Shown here in pieces: positions 60,701 to 64,000 of a stretch of 64,000 nucleotides of DNA. This stretch comes from Aplysia californica. Lineage: Eukaryota. The position numbers and the translations under genes are program-made. The stretch lies in NCBI RefSeq assembly GCF_000002075.1, contig NW_004797656.1:427848-491847 (forward strand), in the 5' to 3' direction. Below the pieces are notes generated by a model. It made no database searches. It was not told where the DNA came from and saw only the letters and a list, made by a program, of their open reading frames with translations. How positions within the stretch are numbered: position 1 is the stretch's first letter; each line of letters opens with the position of its first letter.

Positions 60701-62445
60701 CCACTAGCTTTTACTATTGTATGTTTCCCTTGAACTTGTTGACTTGAAGGGTTGCCGTTACTTTTTCCTAATGAAAACACTCTATTTTTTAAGTTGGACC
60801 ACGAAGTTTCACACCACAAAGTTTTGTTGTTTTTTTCCACTAGGGCATGATCCCTGAAGTGGGAGGGATTGGTATATTAAAGTATGACCAAATTTCATTT
60901 TTCTTGTGTGTTGATTATATGATACATAAGATCAACTTAAGAGCAGAAGTAACAAGTTCATTTTCCCCTGAGTTTACATTAAGAAAATGAAATTGGCATT
61001 TTCCTCAAAGCTAGAATGTTTTTATTGCATTTGTAAAGGGCTATTGTTTTCCTGTGAGATTAATTGCCTTATTTGTGTCTCTTTCAGGTATGCTGGCTAC
61101 AATTTGCTCGTCTCTCATCCCTGATGAGGTGGGTAGATTCCTACTGTTTTTATAGTGAATGTCTGGATTTTTGGGTCTTTTTTATGTTGAGGTGCTCCAT
61201 ATTACTCCCTAGAGTTCATTTTTTGTAGTCAAGTCTGTCTGTCTGTCTGTAGGAGGTCACTGACTTTATATATATATGAGCAGCCCCTGCTCTTCCCTGT
61301 CCTGTTAACCCTTTGAGCCCTGGACCTGTGACGCGTAACATTTCTTGTTTGCCTAGCCACTAGTACACTGGTGAGGGAGACACTATCCCCAACCCGGCTC
61401 ATCTGAGACAAAACCCACGGGGAAAACGGTTTTGCTTCAAAGGGCGTTATTGATTATTTTGAAGATCTTTCTAAATTAGATTCTGGTATTGATGAGGACT
61501 ACCCTGAGTGGGGTATGGAATGTGATTCTGACAACGATTTTAATGTGAGAGTAATAATAGCGTGAATCGCTCAGGAGCTCAGGCAGAGGGGCACAGTAGC
61601 TTCGGAAGGTCAAGGCTCAAAGGGTTAAAGAAATTCCAATTCTAACAAAAACTGCAACAAACAAACGCACAAGTTGACCAGTGTGTTGATGTCTTTGTCC
61701 CCAGAATGAGGTCTACTGTCCAGAGAGACTGATGATGAGCATCCTGGCTCAGATCCACTACATGCCGGACCACTGGAAGGGGAAGGCTCACACCTCGACA
61801 GTCAGGGACGAGTTCTCCATGCTCTTTCAGTACAAACTGGTAACATTTCTCTTGTTCTCTTGTTTAATTGTTAAGGCAATAAGAATTTAAACAAAACTGA
61901 AAGGGACTTTTAAGAAGGAATTAAGATGGTGAGCTTCAAGAACATTACATCAGACATTTTTCGGGGTATGGCCGTTTGTCAAAAACACATACCCTTGGAT
62001 TACAAACAGTATGTAGTAATATCCTTGAAATGCCTCAGCCCATTCAATTTGATTGTTGGCATGTAACTCTTTCTCACTTCTTTTAATTCTCTACGCTGTT
62101 CAGTCCAAACTGGTGCTGTAAAAGATTTTCTATCATTACAGTGACAAATGTCTGCTCATGGAGCAAGGGGAAAAAAAGCAAGCAATAAATTTATTCCTAT
62201 CCCTCTAGGAAGGCTTTTCATAATGGTGCATTGCATTCTAATAATGTCTTTATTTTTGGACATAGATGTACATCCTGGAAGAACTGTTCAGCCCCCTGAT
62301 CACTCCATTCTGGCTTTTCTTCGGACTCCGACCAAAAGCAATGCAGATTGTGGATTTCTTCCGATGTTTCACGGTCGACGTCGCCGGTGTTGGTGATGTG
62401 TGTTCGTTTGCTCAGATGGACATCAAGAAACATGGAAATCCTCAG
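47525..62445 (+). CDS. ATG9A: Autophagy-related protein 9 (lipid scramblase); 16 coding exons visible, 3' part lies beyond the window
   Basis: Exons 47525-47690, 48351-48459, 49328-49471, 51147-51282, 53394-53496, 53947-54046, 55159-55208, 55901-55985, 56310-56409, 57890-57930, 58620-58682, 60115-60189, 60542-60654, 61088-61128, 61705-61839, 62266-62445 (1641 nt, in frame). Motifs WNHVDDLDKFF..VY.YHQRHGF, DIYHRILRFKNYLVAMVNK, YLRHFNELDHEL, IHYMPDHW, LFQYK..ILEEL.SP..TP, GVGDVCSFAQMD..KHGNP. Confidence 0.96.
48665..48710. repeat. (TA)n microsatellite
   Basis: Long perfect TA run. Confidence 0.95.
49505..50490 (-). mobile_element. Fragment of an RNase H-encoding LINE (I/Ingi group) in an ATG9 intron
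   Basis: IYRDGSV..SGWGF...MEIEAVT.AL...IVTDSQSIL...WIF.PGHSGVKGNEEADRLA, plus upstream linker DPRHPLH; interrupted and frameshifted. Confidence 0.8.
50840..51015 (+). mobile_element. Family E retroposon copy (diverged)
   Basis: Collinear with 44256-44440 from GTGGGTGGTTGG to CCGTAAAACT. Confidence 0.7.
51500..52345. mobile_element. mariner/Tc1-type deletion derivative
   Basis: TGTCCCAGGCTCAATGAC / GTCATCGAGTTTGGGACATCCTG|TA ends; C-terminal remnant CIASDWGHVKHLL* near 52123-52163. Confidence 0.55.
54297..54464 (-). mobile_element. Family E retroposon copy
   Basis: 11-bp TSD CAAACCTAAGT at 54286-54296 and 54465-54475. Confidence 0.8.
55408..55772 (+). mobile_element. Full-length tRNA-derived SINE family D
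   Basis: A/B boxes, central domain and (ATT)n tail; near-identical to 31256-31620. Confidence 0.9.
57088..57583 (-). mobile_element. tRNA-derived SINE family S2
   Basis: Minus-strand head GGGGGTTCTCATGGTCTGGAGG; body collinear with 13923-14365; same tail as family E. Confidence 0.75.
58833..59244 (-). mobile_element. MITE family G copy
   Basis: TGTGTCACAACACAGTGAAATCAAG ... TTTGACGAGTGCCCCATTTCACCACGATGCCAAACACA. Confidence 0.7.
61309..61624 (+). mobile_element. Non-autonomous piggyBac derivative
   Basis: TTAA flanks, TIR CCCTTTGAGCC/GGCTCAAAGGG, acidic remnant VIDYFEDLSKLDSGIDEDYPEWGMECDSDNDF. Confidence 0.75.
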
Positions 62446-63337
62446 GTAGGACAACTTTTGTACCTGATGGACAGACTGCCAAGGGGACTTTCATGAGCAT
62501 GAGCTTTTGTCATGTAGCTGAAATTAATAGCAAAAACATTGAGTGACTTATGGTTACATCAGCACATAGGCTCTTTTCTTCTGGGGTTTTATTCAAGATA
62601 TAGGTTGTTTCATATACTTTCATATATATATATGCAAAAGTTCGTTGCCATTTTTGTATGTTGCTCTATGTTTTCAAAAAGGTGACACTCCTTTTTCATA
62701 ATGCAAATCCTAGAAGGATCCCCTAACAATATGCTGCTTAAATCATTCATTTGTCAAAAGCATTTTGTTACATTTGTAAATCCTCAGTAAGCTAGGGCAA
62801 AGTCGGCCAATAAGAACATCGGCTCGACGTTCTCGTCAAACTCTAAAAGTCTACTGTGACTTTGACCTTGAATTTAGAGTGAAGTTACGACTTCCTATGC
62901 TGTTATTGTTATAGCCAAGACAGGGTCATAGGTTTTGGGCTTACTAGTTCTATTTTTAGCTCTTCGACTTCCGGTTTCGGATAACAAACGTTGTGGGGTT
63001 ACTGTTACCCTTTAAAAGTTTGTTTCCGCGCTAAATTTATTTAATCTTACTCGTTTTAAAAATCAGAATTGAGCTTAAAAATAATTTATATAACCTACAT
63101 ATTTATGTGTAATCAACTGTTTTAATCTCATAATTATTTACATCTGTTTTTGCAAAACCAAATCTGATCTCTTGGAACTTGAACGAAGACTTTAATATTA
63201 CAGTGCAGCTAACAAAATAACAGAAGACAGCCAAGACAGCAATCATTAGTTTTACTGGTACTGTAATTGATCCAGTGACGGTGACTGTGACTGGCACGCC
63301 AGCACTGCTCGGCGAGCAGGCCAGCCAGCCTCGCACA

Positions 63338-63338
<1 letters not shown>

Positions 63339-63393
<55 letters not shown>

Positions 63394-63416
63394 CACACAT
63401 TCACACTCACACACAC
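63339..63416. repeat. (CA)n microsatellite
   Basis: Long CA run with degenerate extension. Confidence 0.95.
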
Positions 63417-64000
63417 TAGGGCCTAGGTCTTGATCAAAACGTTTTTTGTCTCCACTCAAACTTCGCGGCCCCCACCACCAACGTTGACGACTCCCCGTTG
63501 AAGGGCAGGGGTCAGGGGAGGCTGTTCTTGATCAAGGGTAGGCTAGGTAACCGAGAGTGGAGAGTCACCTGCGACTAGTAGATGAGGGTCACATCGTCGA
63601 CCTTGGGCTCACAGTCGACTAGTAAAGTCGATTTTGCCCTGGCCTAGTACTCAGCTAAAAGCATGGGCTTCCTTAAAAACTGGGAAACCAAAAAGTAGTG
63701 CGGATCCTTGTGTTTAATACTTTGCAAATAAAAAGAAATTGGCTATAGCAACTAAAATTCCTCATCTCATTTGTAAGGAAATGTTTAAGCTGCATGATGA
63801 TATATGCCAATAGCAATAAAAAATAGTGAAAAATGCTAGAATATTGGGACAACTTCAGAGCAGAGGGAGTAGACAATCTCTGGGCTGGCAGACAAATATG
63901 TGTTGTATGTGCCTACAAGCTGTAGTGTTTTTTTGTTGAAGCATCTCCTCTATCTGTTCTTTTTAGGTAGGCTTTTCAAACCCATAGCTACATTTTATGA

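Overview
AT-rich, intron-rich animal genomic DNA (invertebrate; mollusc-like repeat landscape, which is inference) with four assembly gaps (1790-1889, 3834-4002, 51328-51470, 59500-59762). Three spliced protein-coding genes were reconstructed by hand with consistent GT-AG phases: an RDH11/12/13/14-like short-chain dehydrogenase (+, 6 coding exons, 325 aa), CNOT9/RQCD1 (-, 8 coding exons, 289 aa) and ATG9 (+, at least 16 coding exons, 547 codons seen, running off the window end). CNOT9 and ATG9 are head-to-head. The region between them has a CLEAR/CRE/CCAAT motif cluster, a dense set of MITEs and Helentron-like elements, and (TAGATC)n repeats. The rest is transposon debris: L2/CR1, RTE, Rex/Babar-like and RNase H-bearing LINE fragments, two tRNA-derived SINE families, a ~175-bp retroposon with no Pol III head, and piggyBac, Tc1/mariner, Harbinger, MULE and 6-/8-bp-TSD DNA elements, including multi-level nests. 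No prokaryotic-type system (CRISPR, operon) is present. The most novel-looking signals are the headless fixed-end retroposon and its shared tail, the promoter-clustered satellite-bearing elements, and the CNOT9-ATG9 divergent pair.
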